From: an uncultured Saprospiraceae bacterium
Lineage (GTDB): Bacteria > Bacteroidota > Bacteroidia > Chitinophagales > Saprospiraceae
Assembly (NCBI GenBank): GCA_938015925.1
Contig: CALLVY010000588.1
Coordinates: 9,046-73,045, forward strand
DNA: 64,000 bases
Reading direction: 5' to 3'
This document shows positions 25,652-35,906 of the stretch, piece after piece. Position numbers and translations under genes: made by a program. Positions within the stretch are counted from its first letter, which is position 1; the number at the start of each line of letters is the position of its first letter. The notes below the pieces were generated by a model, which saw nothing but the letters and a program-made list of their open reading frames with translations, had not been told where the DNA came from and searched no databases.

Positions 25652-26764
25652 TCACTCATACTCATTCCTAATCTCAAACCCCGCATCCCGCAGCAACTGA
25701 TCCTTCCTAAAAATTTCAATATCAGAGCGAACCATCTCCGCACACATCGTTTCCAAATTATACTTCGGTTCCCAGCCCAATTTAGTTTTAGCCTTGGTGG
25801 CATCACCGATCAGCAGCTCTACCTCCGTTGGCCGAAAATACTGAGGATCTACGCTCACCACAGCTTTTCCAATCTCGACAGGATAATCAGGATTAGAAGA
25901 GCTGGCGACATAAGCGACCTCCTCTACACCTTCTCCCCTGAATTCCAACTCTACGCCAATTTCTTTAAAAGACATTTTTACAAAATCTCTTACACTAGTC
26001 GTTACTCCCGTAGCGATCACCCAATCCTCCGGTTCATCCTGCTGAAGGATTTTCCACATACATTCTACGTAATCTTTAGCATGGCCCCAGTCGCGTTTGG
26101 CATCCATATTCCCAAGATAGATTCTCTCTTGCAGACCTAAAGCAATTTTAGCAACAGCTCTAGTAATTTTTCGAGTTACGAAAGTCTCCCCTCTTAATGG
26201 CGATTCATGATTGAAAAGAATTCCATTACAGGCAAACATATCATAGGCTTCCCGATAATTTACGGTAATCCAATAGGCATACATTTTGGCAACTGCATAA
26301 GGAGATCGAGGATAGAATGGGGTTGTTTCTGACTGCGGGACTTCTTGCACCAAGCCATATAATTCAGAAGTAGAAGCTTGATAAATTTTAGTCTTTTTCA
26401 TCAATCCTAAAATACGAACCGCTTCCAAAAGTCTTAAGGTTCCGACTCCATCGACATCTGCGGTGTACTCCGGAGCTTCAAAGCTCACTTTTACATGCGA
26501 CATGGCGCCGAGGTTGTAGATCTCATCAGGTTGAACTTCCTGGATTATTCGGATGAGATTTGTCGAATCGGTTAGATCTCCGTAGTGGAGAATGAAGCGA
26601 CGACTGTCTACATGTGGATCTTCGTAGAGGTGATCGATTCGTGCTGTATTGAAAGAAGAAGCGCGGCGTTTTATCCCGTGTACTTCATATCCTTTTTCTA
26701 GTAGGAATTCGGAGAGGTAGGCTCCATCTTGGCCGGTGATTCCGGTGATTAGTGCTTTTTTCAT
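25652..26764 (-). CDS. gmd: GDP-mannose 4,6-dehydratase
   Basis: '[39 protein letters not shown]', 'QASTSELYG', '[12 protein letters not shown]' and 'NHESPLRG'. Confidence 0.95.
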   Translation of the reverse strand: MKKALITGITGQDGAYLSEFLLEKGYEVHGIKRRASSFNTARIDHLYEDPHVDSRRFILHYGDLTDSTNLIRIIQEVQPDEIYNLGAMSHVKVSFEAPEYTADVDGVGTLRLLEAVRILGLMKKTKIYQASTSELYGLVQEVPQSETTPFYPRSPYAVAKMYAYWITVNYREAYDMFACNGILFNHESPLRGETFVTRKITRAVAKIALGLQERIYLGNMDAKRDWGHAKDYVECMWKILQQDEPEDWVIATGVTTSVRDFVKMSFKEIGVELEFRGEGVEEVAYVASSSNPDYPVEIGKAVVSVDPQYFRPTEVELLIGDATKAKTKLGWEPKYNLETMCAEMVRSDIEIFRKDQLLRDAGFEIRNEYE

Positions 26765-26798
26765 TATGAATAATACTTTTACTTAAGCGGGTAATTTG

Positions 26799-27491
26799 TT
26801 AAGAAATGCCGTCTGATACCAGGTCTAATTCCTTTGGTTTACGAGGTAAGTCTTTTAGCAATCTATGAGGCAAATCGCTTTTAGAAAATAAAATCACCCA
26901 AGCAGTAAGAAAAATTAAAAGAATATCTGTTATCGTTGATTTATTTTTTTGATACCACATTTCCAGGGCTCCTTTATATGGAGCAACATGGGCAGCATAA
27001 AAAGCATGTGGTTCCATGTCTGAATTGGAAATTAAGCTTTCTTCGTCTCGAAAAATAATAGATCCTATTCCCGTAATTCCTGGTTTTGAATGATAGACTT
27101 TTTCCTGGACTTCTTTGGAATAAGCATTAAAGGTTCGGTCTACTAAAGGTCTTGGCCCTACAATACTCATGTCTCCTTTGAGGACATTGATGATTTGTGG
27201 AAATTCATTGAGTTTAGTAATTCTTAAATACTTTCCAACGATGGTTACTCTTGGATCATCTCTTAAGGTAATAGAACCAGAGCCCATGTTAGGGCTATTC
27301 TTGAGCATGGTAGCAAATTTCCAGATATCGAAGTATTTGTTTTTTAATCCAATTCTTTTTTGGAAATAAAATACTTCTCCTTCTCCAGTCAGTCGCAGCG
27401 CGATAACTATTGGGAGGAATATAGGGAGCATGATCAGAAAAGTGATCCCTGCTATCAATAGGTCTATTATACGTTTGGTTAGTTTGTACAT
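26799..27491 (-). CDS. Small monotopic phosphoglycosyl transferase (PglC/WbaP-C-terminal type 'bacterial sugar transferase'), likely the initiating enzyme
   Basis: 'KRIIDLLIAGITFLIMLPIFLPIVIAL...GEVFYFQKRIG', 'FKFATM' and 'LNEFPQIINVLKGDMSIVGPRP'. Confidence 0.85.
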   Translation of the reverse strand: MYKLTKRIIDLLIAGITFLIMLPIFLPIVIALRLTGEGEVFYFQKRIGLKNKYFDIWKFATMLKNSPNMGSGSITLRDDPRVTIVGKYLRITKLNEFPQIINVLKGDMSIVGPRPLVDRTFNAYSKEVQEKVYHSKPGITGIGSIIFRDEESLISNSDMEPHAFYAAHVAPYKGALEMWYQKNKSTITDILLIFLTAWVILFSKSDLPHRLLKDLPRKPKELDLVSDGIS

Positions 27492-28702
27492 TACATACTT
27501 TGGTCTAAATTTTTACCTTTTTCAATATGACTAAATTCTGGTAAAAATCCGGTTAATACTTCTACAATTTGAGTTTTAGAAATAGAATCGCTTGCAAAAA
27601 TACGACGCAATTCTATGAAAATATCATCAATAACTTTTATATCCTTTTGTGGCGCATCTTTTATTATTCCTAAGCCAGAAAAGGATTCGAAATCTACGTC
27701 TTCAGTAGCAGTGAAAAACTCTTCAAAAGATTTTTCTCCTGAGGTATTTGATTGGAAGAAATAAACAGGATAATTATTAGATCCTTGTTTGATCTTTTTG
27801 TTTTTTGCTTCTTCTTCCGTCGTGCAATAATCTGGTTCGAAGCCCATTTCTTTTAAGAGATTCTCGGCAATACTTGAAAAGGTTTTCATCTTTTCTTCGT
27901 TCAATTTTGGAAAGAATATTTGGCCGGACTTCCCTAGTATACAAGCCAGAAGACAAATCTGTCCGGACTCCTCAGGAGAAACAAAATACCGTTTAATATC
28001 AAGTGGACTTGAAAAGGGTTGCTTCTTCATCAAGCGTTCTAAAAATCCAAACAAAAGGCTGCCATTAGAAAAAGCGACATTGGCAAAACGAGCAGTGGTG
28101 ATTGGAATTTTCTTAGAATAGGCTAAAATAACTTCTTCCATCAATTTTTTACTTGCCCCCATAATGTTCACCGGATTTGCTGCTTTGTCTGTCGAGACGC
28201 AAAAGAAATGATTGGGTGGATTTTCTGCGAGTAGGTCAAGTAGTCTGCGAGCTTTGAAAACATTATTTTCAATCATTGCCTCAATAGAGAAATGATCTTT
28301 CTCGCTGCGAACATGTTTGTGTGCTGCAAAATTTGCGACAATGTCAAATGGTCCATCGGAAGTCAGCATTTTTTCAAAGACAGGTTGACCAAAATCAATT
28401 GGATAGGTTTTATAGTTTTCCGGAACATTAAGCGTTGGGTTACTTCGAATATCCCTGGTTAGTTCTGTTAAATTATTTTCGTTGATATCTACTACATATA
28501 AAGTAGCTGGTTTGAACTTTAGCAGAGCCTTGATATAAGAAGATCCAATCGTACCCGCGCCACCAATGACGAGGACTTTTTTGCCGTCTATTTCTTGACG
28601 GAGTTCACTATCGTATCGTTGCAAATCATTTGCAAAGAGACTGGTTTGTCTTTCAATGACAAATGTTTTTATAAAGGCCTCTAGATCAAATGTTTTATTC
28701 AT
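27491..28702 (-). CDS. WbpM/PglF/CapD-type nucleotide-sugar 4,6-dehydratase (soluble, Polysacc_synt_2-like)
   Basis: 'VLVIGGAGTIGSS', 'FCVSTDKAANPVNIMGASKKLME' (Met replaces the SDR Tyr, as in WbpM/PglF). The stop shares nt 27491 with the next start. Confidence 0.7.
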   Translation of the reverse strand: MNKTFDLEAFIKTFVIERQTSLFANDLQRYDSELRQEIDGKKVLVIGGAGTIGSSYIKALLKFKPATLYVVDINENNLTELTRDIRSNPTLNVPENYKTYPIDFGQPVFEKMLTSDGPFDIVANFAAHKHVRSEKDHFSIEAMIENNVFKARRLLDLLAENPPNHFFCVSTDKAANPVNIMGASKKLMEEVILAYSKKIPITTARFANVAFSNGSLLFGFLERLMKKQPFSSPLDIKRYFVSPEESGQICLLACILGKSGQIFFPKLNEEKMKTFSSIAENLLKEMGFEPDYCTTEEEAKNKKIKQGSNNYPVYFFQSNTSGEKSFEEFFTATEDVDFESFSGLGIIKDAPQKDIKVIDDIFIELRRIFASDSISKTQIVEVLTGFLPEFSHIEKGKNLDQSM

Positions 28703-29576
28703 TATTGTATTGTTTGTACCATTTTGCCATTTCTACTAATCCGTATGCTGTCGTATATGGAGGATGAAAATTTAAGACTTTATTCGTTTGTTTATTTTCG
28801 ATAATTAAAGAATCGAAAAGTCGATAATATAATTGAGGTTTTAAAAATTTAATAATTTTTCTAAAAATACCAGGCAATTTTATCAGGTTCTTTTTTCCTC
28901 CTACCCCTTCCTGTAAAGTGCTTATCAAATAGCTAGTAGAAATAGGTTCTTGGTCACCCGCTAAAAAAATTCCGGAAGATTTATTTTTCTGGACATGGAG
29001 CATTAACGCTATCAAATTACCCAAATAGACCATACTCCGTTTATTGTTAATTCCTCCAAAAGGAAGCGGAAGGTTTTTATCAATCAAGTTTAATAAATTA
29101 ATCAAATTCCCTTTTACTCCTGGGCCATACACTAAAGGTGGTCGAATGATTGCTACTTTAAAGGTAGCATCTTCCATCTCTTGCAAGGCTATTTCTGCTT
29201 TTCGTTTACTTTCTCCGTAGGCATCATCTGGCAGGCACTCCGTTGTTTCATTAAAAATTTTACGTGTTAAATTTTCCCCAAAAACCTTGATGGTACTAAT
29301 GAAAATAAAATGATTGACGCCTGCTTTTTTTGCTGCTTTCGCTAAATTAATAGTGAGCTCATGATTGACCTGGAAATAAATCTCATCATCAATGGGCGTC
29401 ATCTGGTGGGCTTTGCCCGCGAGGTGAAAAATACTGCCACAGTCAGTGAAGTCGATATCCTCTGGAGCTACAGTTCTTAAAGAAACCGGAACAAGTTGAA
29501 TTTTTTCTTTGCAATATTCCCTGAGCGCAGATCCTACAAATCCAGTGCCGCCAGTGAGTAGTATTTTATGCGACAT
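28695..29576 (-). CDS. NAD-dependent epimerase/dehydratase family protein, possibly a UDP-4-keto-6-deoxy-HexNAc 4-reductase (WbpV-like)
   Basis: 'KILLTGGTGFVGSAL' and 'DAYGESKRKAE' (Y-x3-K). It sits just upstream (in transcription) of the WbpM-like dehydratase gene and overlaps it by 8 nt. The specific activity is inferred from context only. Confidence 0.5.
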   Translation of the reverse strand: MSHKILLTGGTGFVGSALREYCKEKIQLVPVSLRTVAPEDIDFTDCGSIFHLAGKAHQMTPIDDEIYFQVNHELTINLAKAAKKAGVNHFIFISTIKVFGENLTRKIFNETTECLPDDAYGESKRKAEIALQEMEDATFKVAIIRPPLVYGPGVKGNLINLLNLIDKNLPLPFGGINNKRSMVYLGNLIALMLHVQKNKSSGIFLAGDQEPISTSYLISTLQEGVGGKKNLIKLPGIFRKIIKFLKPQLYYRLFDSLIIENKQTNKVLNFHPPYTTAYGLVEMAKWYKQYNNE

Positions 29577-30328
29577 TAATTGATTTTGTATTCAAATAAT
29601 TTCTGGAAATATTTTAGCGACAACATGGCCAAATTTGTTTTTATTCCATATTGTTTGCACGCTCTAATAATTTCCTTATTAAGCGTAAGTCGACTTCTAA
29701 AAAAATTCTCATTACTCACCCCACCAGTCCTCATGGTTACAAATTGAAAATTTAAGTATTTGTAAGTCAATTTATTTTTAAATAAAAAGCGGATTAATAA
29801 TTCATAATCTGCAGCAATTTTGTAGTCCGTTTTATAAAGGCCGTATTCTTTATAAAATTTCTTTCTAACATAGAAAGATGGATGAGCAGGCATAAAGCCA
29901 TACTTGAATTTATTGGGATTCCAGGAGGCAGAAGAATAGTATCGAACCACCTTCTCCAGATTATTTGGGTTAACAAATTCGATATCTCCAAAAACAGAAT
30001 CTAAAGTTTCCTCTGCTTGAAACTCGCGCACTATTTTCTCAATGACATTTGTAGCAGAAAAAAAATCATCGGAATTTAAGATGCCAATAACATCCCCGGT
30101 GGCCAGGTTGATGCCTTTATTCATTGCATCGTATATCCCCTTGTCTGGTTCAGAAATAGCTTTGGAAACATGGGGAAATTGTTTGACAATATCCATCGTA
30201 TTGTCTTTAGATTTACCATCGACAATAATATGTTCAATGTCCGGATAGGTTTGTGCTGCGACGCTGCTAAGGGTATCAAAAATAGTAGCACTGCTATTAT
30301 AGGTAATTGTAATAATAGAAATCTTCAT
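29576..30328 (-). CDS. Glycosyltransferase family 2
   Basis: 'KISIITITYNSSATIFDTLSSVAAQTYPDIEHIIVDGKSKDNT' and 'GILNSDDFF'. Confidence 0.75.
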   Translation of the reverse strand: MKISIITITYNSSATIFDTLSSVAAQTYPDIEHIIVDGKSKDNTMDIVKQFPHVSKAISEPDKGIYDAMNKGINLATGDVIGILNSDDFFSATNVIEKIVREFQAEETLDSVFGDIEFVNPNNLEKVVRYYSSASWNPNKFKYGFMPAHPSFYVRKKFYKEYGLYKTDYKIAADYELLIRFLFKNKLTYKYLNFQFVTMRTGGVSNENFFRSRLTLNKEIIRACKQYGIKTNLAMLSLKYFQKLFEYKIN

Positions 30329-31806
30329 TAAAATTGGAAATAAATAAACTGACTAATTGGGCGAAAGAAAGTGAAAACAAGAATGAAGATTACTGCATAT
30401 TTCACCACATTAAAAGAGGTAATCCACCAAGTGGGTTGATCTGTTTTCTCCGATTCGATATTTGTTGCTAAATAAGAAAGACTGGTAAAAAGGAACAATA
30501 AGGCAGTCACTAAATAGGTGTTTTCTCTCATCGAATAAAACGTGTATTTCAATGGATTGATTACTTTAGAAAGCATGATAAAAACATCCGTTAAAGATTC
30601 TGCCCGAAAGGCAATCCAGCCTAACATTGCTAAGGGCAGGGTAATACACCAACCGATAAAAGGCTTTGAGAAAAAACTAAATTTGTCTCTGAAAGGTTTA
30701 AAAAGTCGTTCTAAATAAATCATTCCGGAATGATAAACGCCCCAGAAAACAAAAGTCCAATTGGCACCATGCCAGAATCCCATAATCACCCAGGTTAAAA
30801 ACAAAGCTCTATTTTTTTTGCCTTGAGTGATTTCATTTTTTCCCAGAGCGACATCAATTCCTCCTCTTGATTTTAAATTTGGATCTATTACATCAGCACC
30901 TGCAAGAGGAAGGTATAAATAATCTCGAATCCAGCTGGACAATGAAATATGCCATCTTTTCCAAAAAGATTTAAAAGATTTAGCGGCATAGGGGAAGTTG
31001 AAATTTTCTGGAAAATCGATCCCCATCATCTTTGCACAACCGATGGCGATATGCGAATAACCTGCGAAATCAAAATATATTTGAAATCCAAAAATAAAGG
31101 CTAAGGTCCACACATCTATGGCACTTAAAGAACCTGGTGGTAAAGCATAACCAGCATCTACCAGAGGAGCAATATTATCCGCCAAAACGACTTTAAGAAA
31201 AAAGCCATACAAGACCCTTTTCAAACCTTCGACAATAAGGTCTGGATTAAATTTGGGTCGATGGTCCAATTGATTAACGACTTCCTCTGCTCTTAAGATT
31301 GGGCCAGCTACAAGTTGAGGAAAAAAAGTAACATAGCTTCCGTACAAGGCAAAATCCTTTATTGGCTTGGTATGATTACGATATACATCAATGGTGTAAC
31401 TTATCGTTTGAAAAGTATAAAAGCTAATACCCAGCGGTAGAATAATATTTAGGGCTGGAGATTCTATGGCTACGCCTATCGACTGTAGAAAGAAAGTTAT
31501 ATTGTCGGTAAAAAAAATTAAGTACTTAAAGTATAGTAATAAGGAGAGGTTGATGAACAAACTCGTATAGAGTAGTAATTTTCTTTTCCGCTCTTCTGAT
31601 TTTTCCGTTTTACCTAATTCTAATGCCACAAAGTAATCGGTAAAAGTAGAAAGTAAGACAATGGATAAAAATTCCCATTTCCAAAATCCATAGAAAAGTA
31701 AACTACTTAGAAATACCATCCAGTTTCTGATATTCCTTGGTAACAGCCAGTACAGGCAAATGACAATTACCAAAAAGAGTAGGAACGTAATAGAATTAAA
31801 AATCAT
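30328..31806 (-). CDS. MBOAT-family membrane O-acyltransferase (AlgI/DltB-like)
   Basis: 'FWKRWHISLSSWIRDYLYLPL' contains the invariant MBOAT His. Multi-pass membrane protein, 492 aa. Confidence 0.85.
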   Translation of the reverse strand: MIFNSITFLLFLVIVICLYWLLPRNIRNWMVFLSSLLFYGFWKWEFLSIVLLSTFTDYFVALELGKTEKSEERKRKLLLYTSLFINLSLLLYFKYLIFFTDNITFFLQSIGVAIESPALNIILPLGISFYTFQTISYTIDVYRNHTKPIKDFALYGSYVTFFPQLVAGPILRAEEVVNQLDHRPKFNPDLIVEGLKRVLYGFFLKVVLADNIAPLVDAGYALPPGSLSAIDVWTLAFIFGFQIYFDFAGYSHIAIGCAKMMGIDFPENFNFPYAAKSFKSFWKRWHISLSSWIRDYLYLPLAGADVIDPNLKSRGGIDVALGKNEITQGKKNRALFLTWVIMGFWHGANWTFVFWGVYHSGMIYLERLFKPFRDKFSFFSKPFIGWCITLPLAMLGWIAFRAESLTDVFIMLSKVINPLKYTFYSMRENTYLVTALLFLFTSLSYLATNIESEKTDQPTWWITSFNVVKYAVIFILVFTFFRPISQFIYFQF

Positions 31807-32928
31807 TTAGAGGTGGTTATCTATGGCTTCGCTTAAATTTTGAAATAATATCTGGTGGCCTTTGGCTTTGAAGTGCATAAAATCTAATTCTTTTTCACCA
31901 AATAAATTTGTCGCACTTTTGACGCCCCATAATTCGCCGGGAATTAGGCCCTCAAAGTTATAAAAATGTATCAGACTATTGGATGATGTTTGATGCTCCA
32001 TTTCTTTTTTGAAACTATCGTATTCCAATGCATCGTAAGGGATGGTTACGTCACTTCGAATAGGAGGAATATACAAGAGTAGTTCTATTTGAGCATTGCT
32101 TGCAGAAGAAATAATATCCGATACTGCGCTGAAATTTTTCTTGTACAGCTTAGGAATCATTTTCCGTTTAGTCTGTGCAGAGATCCCTAAAATAGTGTTT
32201 CGGAGATAATAGAGATTGGTGAAAATTTGACCTCGCAAATTGGGTCGATTTTCCCAGACAGAGAATCTTTTATTAAGCTCATCATTCAATGCTCTTTCTG
32301 AACGCTCTTGCACGGTTTTATCCAATGCCTGGAAATTATCGTTTTCGGGTATTTCCCTTGTACGGATTTTTCCTAAATCATTATTGATCGCTGAACTAAG
32401 CTCATAATCATCCTTAATCTGGAAATCCTGATTTGCTAAAAAGGAGAACCAATTTACTCTAATTCCATTTTCTCTCATATCGTCCATAAACGTTGGAACG
32501 ATAAGCATTTTTATAGGCAATTGAGTTTGCCAATATTCGAAGGCAAGAAATAATTCTTGCAGACTAGCATTAGGCAGACTTTGGGTAATTACATCATATT
32601 GCCCCTGATAACGATCAAATAATAAATGATTGTAGGATTTTTCGCCATCCTTGTATTGGTTTACCCCGTGGGTTTGCGAGTTTCCAAGAACGAGAATCAC
32701 TTCCTTTTTTCCTCTACTTTCCCAACCACTAATTAATGCTTCTATTTCGGTGTCCACCATCTTTCCTATGTGGATAGGAACTTCCTGGTCTTTTGCATAA
32801 TAAGAGCTGGTTTCTTTCCCTAGAGCAAAATCAGCAAAGTCCTTCTTTTCTTTTGTTAAAGAAAAAACTACAAAGAATCCAATGATGCACCCCAATGAAA
32901 TTTCAAATAAAAGAACTTTTGATTTCAT
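31807..32928 (-). CDS. Membrane-anchored SGNH-like protein, probable extracytoplasmic partner of the MBOAT (AlgJ/AlgX/DltD-like role)
   Basis: It has an N-terminal TM segment. 'ILVLGNSQTHG' resembles SGNH block I, and 'LDFMHFKAKGH' resembles the D-x-x-H block V. It directly abuts the MBOAT gene. Confidence 0.45.
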   Translation of the reverse strand: MKSKVLLFEISLGCIIGFFVVFSLTKEKKDFADFALGKETSSYYAKDQEVPIHIGKMVDTEIEALISGWESRGKKEVILVLGNSQTHGVNQYKDGEKSYNHLLFDRYQGQYDVITQSLPNASLQELFLAFEYWQTQLPIKMLIVPTFMDDMRENGIRVNWFSFLANQDFQIKDDYELSSAINNDLGKIRTREIPENDNFQALDKTVQERSERALNDELNKRFSVWENRPNLRGQIFTNLYYLRNTILGISAQTKRKMIPKLYKKNFSAVSDIISSASNAQIELLLYIPPIRSDVTIPYDALEYDSFKKEMEHQTSSNSLIHFYNFEGLIPGELWGVKSATNLFGEKELDFMHFKAKGHQILFQNLSEAIDNHL

Positions 32929-32984
32929 GATTTTGAAATTAAATTCATCGACTTTTTTGAATGAAGTTGTTTAAAAACTACTTA

Positions 32985-34712
32985 CTATCTTTCGATAACG
33001 CAATTTTCAATAACGAGCATATCCATCTTCGTTCTCAAAAAGCATTCGAGGGCGTGCTCCGGAGTGTTTACTATCGGTTCATTTTCATTGAAGGAAGTAT
33101 TAAGCAAAATGGGAATTCCAGATTTTTGATAAAACTTAGTAATCAAAGAATGGTACCTCGGATTGGTTTCGAAATCAACGGTCTGCAATCGTCCGGTTCC
33201 ATTGACGTGAGTGACTGCCGGGATTTTTTCGTGTTTCTCTGGTTTGATATCATAGACCTTTTCCATAAAAGGAACTTCATCTACCTGGACAAAATATTCG
33301 GGTACAAATTCATTCAGGATAGAAGGAGCAAAAGGCCTGAAACTTTCTCTTTTTTTAATTTTATCATTCAATAAAGCTTTCGCATCGTCTCTACTTGGGT
33401 CTGCCAGAATAGATCTGTTTCCGAGTGCTCTAGGACCAAATTCGGCCTTGCCCTGGAACCATCCAACCACCGACCCTCCATGGAGGGCACTTGATACATG
33501 TTCAAACAATTCTTCATCGGTCAGTTCTTTAAACTCTACTTCTCGTGTATTCAAATATTCTTTAACCTCTAGATTCGTAAAAGCGATACCAGTATAAGGT
33601 TCTGGCTTAAACGGCATTCTTGGATTACCCAAAACGTGGTGATAATAGTAGAGCGCCGAACCGGTAGCCGTACCCGCATCATGTCCTGCTGGTGGTACAA
33701 AAAGTTTTTCAAAAGAAGTGTTCTCCAACAACTTCCCATTGGCTACAGAGTTTTGAGCGCAGCCTCCGGTAATACAAAGATTTTTGAGTCCCGTCTTTTT
33801 AAATAAATCTTCCGCCATGTGAAAGATAACAACTTCCGATACTTTTTGAACAGAAGCGGCTAAGTCCATATGATATTGGCTGAGTTTTTCGCCTTTCTTT
33901 CTTAATGGCCCAAATTTTTCAATCATCTTTTCGGAGAAAATCGCATCCACATCGGGAATACCACCATTCCAATTCATGTTTACACCTTCCTTAAAATGTC
34001 GGAAATAATCGCCATTTAATTCAAAAAGGCCATTGGATTTTAAGTGAATGACTTCTCCTAAAATATCATCCGCATATTTGGGTGTTCCGTAAGGGGAAAG
34101 TCCCATCACTTTATATTCATCACCGTAATGGGGAAACCCTAAATACTGAGTAAATGTCGTATAAAAAATACCAAGGGAATGCGGATAACTAACACTATCG
34201 ATCACCTCAAGTTTATTGCCCGTACCGATACCTCTCATCGTTGAAGAAAAATCGCCCATTCCATCTATAGATAAAATTGCAGATTTTTCAAAAGGAGAAA
34301 TGTGAAAAGCAGATGCCATATGAGAACGGTGGTGTTCTATAAATTGGACTTTAGCTTTCAGCTTAGAAAATTCAAGACCAAATTCTTTTGCAATTTCTTC
34401 TCCGATACTGTTTATCTTTAGAGAATTAGATCCTCTGTTGAGAAGTGCTTTAATAGAAACTCTGTTCTTTAGCGTGTGGAGCAGCTTAGATCCAAGTTTA
34501 GCTTTAGGATCTCTGGAGACGGTAATGTGATCAACATCTTCCAAGCCTATATTGGCCTCACCAAGACAAAACCGGATGGCTTCAGTAGGCAATCCAGCCC
34601 AGTGTTTGATTCGACGAATTCGCTCTTCTTCGGTTCCTGCTATCAGAATTCCATCTTTATAAATACACGCGGAAGAATCGCCATGGTATGCATTAAGACC
34701 TAGGATGTACAT
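32985..34712 (-). CDS. Carbamoyltransferase (NodU/CmcH family)
   Basis: 'MYILGLNAYHGDSSACIYKDG', 'ERIRRIKH', 'LCITGGCAQNSVANG' and 'ILLNTSFNENEPIV'. Confidence 0.85.
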   Translation of the reverse strand: MYILGLNAYHGDSSACIYKDGILIAGTEEERIRRIKHWAGLPTEAIRFCLGEANIGLEDVDHITVSRDPKAKLGSKLLHTLKNRVSIKALLNRGSNSLKINSIGEEIAKEFGLEFSKLKAKVQFIEHHRSHMASAFHISPFEKSAILSIDGMGDFSSTMRGIGTGNKLEVIDSVSYPHSLGIFYTTFTQYLGFPHYGDEYKVMGLSPYGTPKYADDILGEVIHLKSNGLFELNGDYFRHFKEGVNMNWNGGIPDVDAIFSEKMIEKFGPLRKKGEKLSQYHMDLAASVQKVSEVVIFHMAEDLFKKTGLKNLCITGGCAQNSVANGKLLENTSFEKLFVPPAGHDAGTATGSALYYYHHVLGNPRMPFKPEPYTGIAFTNLEVKEYLNTREVEFKELTDEELFEHVSSALHGGSVVGWFQGKAEFGPRALGNRSILADPSRDDAKALLNDKIKKRESFRPFAPSILNEFVPEYFVQVDEVPFMEKVYDIKPEKHEKIPAVTHVNGTGRLQTVDFETNPRYHSLITKFYQKSGIPILLNTSFNENEPIVNTPEHALECFLRTKMDMLVIENCVIER

Positions 34713-35865
34713 ATTCTGTATTTTTTATTTGTGTGTTTAAAATTTCGTGATAAAAATCGGAATGATTTTTTGCACATATCTTTTTATCAAAATTATTTAC
34801 TGCGGTTGCTCTTGCATTATTTTTTAAAGTCTCCTTTAGCTTTTGATCCTCTATCAATCTTAGAATAGCCTGAGCCATTTTTTCAGCGTCTTTTACCGGC
34901 ACTACCAAGCCACAATTATTTTGCTCGAAAATATCTTTTACATCTCCCACGTCTGTGGATACAACTGGCTTGGCCATCGCCAAAGCTTCCCAGACGGAAA
35001 TCGGAGAAGCTTCAAAGTCAGAACTACATACATATATATCCGCGGCCTCCAATATTCCTTTGACATTATTGCTCTGCCCAAAAAAATGCGCATTTTGAAC
35101 TTGCTGTTCTTTACATAAATCTTCAAGGGATTGAATGTATTCTTTTTGGTTTTCCAAGCGTTTTCCAACCATGATAAACTGTGCTTCAATATTGGAAAGG
35201 CCATTAAATTTCGCGGCGGCTTCAATAAACGTTCTGTGGCCTTTCACTGGATTTAGGTTCCCAACCATGACCATTTTGATTCCTTTATATTTATTGATTT
35301 CAGGATCCGCTTCGACCTGATGAGGAGCAAAAATAGTGGTATCTACCAGAGATTGAATCACCTTCACTTTTTTATTTTGAGGAAGGTTGGACAAATAAAA
35401 ATCTACGGTTCTTTTACAAGCTCCAATGAAATTATCACAAGCCCACTTCGAGGTGAAGTTATAAATCAATTTGATATAGGAAGGCATGTAGGTATCGTTG
35501 AGATGCCAAACATTGGGGATGCCCGCCAGCTTAGACGCAATAATACCTTTTATCTGCCAAGAACCATTGCAGTGAACCAGATCAGGTTTTGTTTTCTTTA
35601 AAAACTGAGTAATTAAATATATTTCATAGAAAAAAAAGAGCAGGTATTTTAAGAGGTGCAGAGGATCTTTTGTCAGTCGGTGCAAAGGCAAGGTTTTATA
35701 AGCAACTCCTTTTTCTTGCATCATTAATTGCATCCGCTCAGAGTCCATATCAGGTATTAAAACAGTCGTTTCAATATCTGATAATTTAAGTATTTCCGCT
35801 ACCTCTACGACTCGTTTTTGTGGTCCTCCAAAACGGCCTTCTTCCAAAATATTAATAACTTTCAA
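34693..35865 (-). CDS. Glycosyltransferase family 4
   Basis: 'SSDFEASPISVWEALAMAKPVVSTDVGDVKDIFEQNNCGLVV' (E-x7-E). TTG start. It overlaps the carbamoyltransferase start by 20 nt. Confidence 0.7.
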   Translation of the reverse strand: MKVINILEEGRFGGPQKRVVEVAEILKLSDIETTVLIPDMDSERMQLMMQEKGVAYKTLPLHRLTKDPLHLLKYLLFFFYEIYLITQFLKKTKPDLVHCNGSWQIKGIIASKLAGIPNVWHLNDTYMPSYIKLIYNFTSKWACDNFIGACKRTVDFYLSNLPQNKKVKVIQSLVDTTIFAPHQVEADPEINKYKGIKMVMVGNLNPVKGHRTFIEAAAKFNGLSNIEAQFIMVGKRLENQKEYIQSLEDLCKEQQVQNAHFFGQSNNVKGILEAADIYVCSSDFEASPISVWEALAMAKPVVSTDVGDVKDIFEQNNCGLVVPVKDAEKMAQAILRLIEDQKLKETLKNNARATAVNNFDKKICAKNHSDFYHEILNTQIKNTEYVHPRS

Positions 35866-35906
35866 AACTCGGTATTGTGTGTTTTTGTAAATCCCAATTA
35901 GGATAT

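Noticed and set aside
32961-33374. 137-aa plus-strand ORF at the 3' end of the carbamoyltransferase
   Set aside because: It is antisense to a strongly supported NodU/CmcH CDS and has no recognisable domain.
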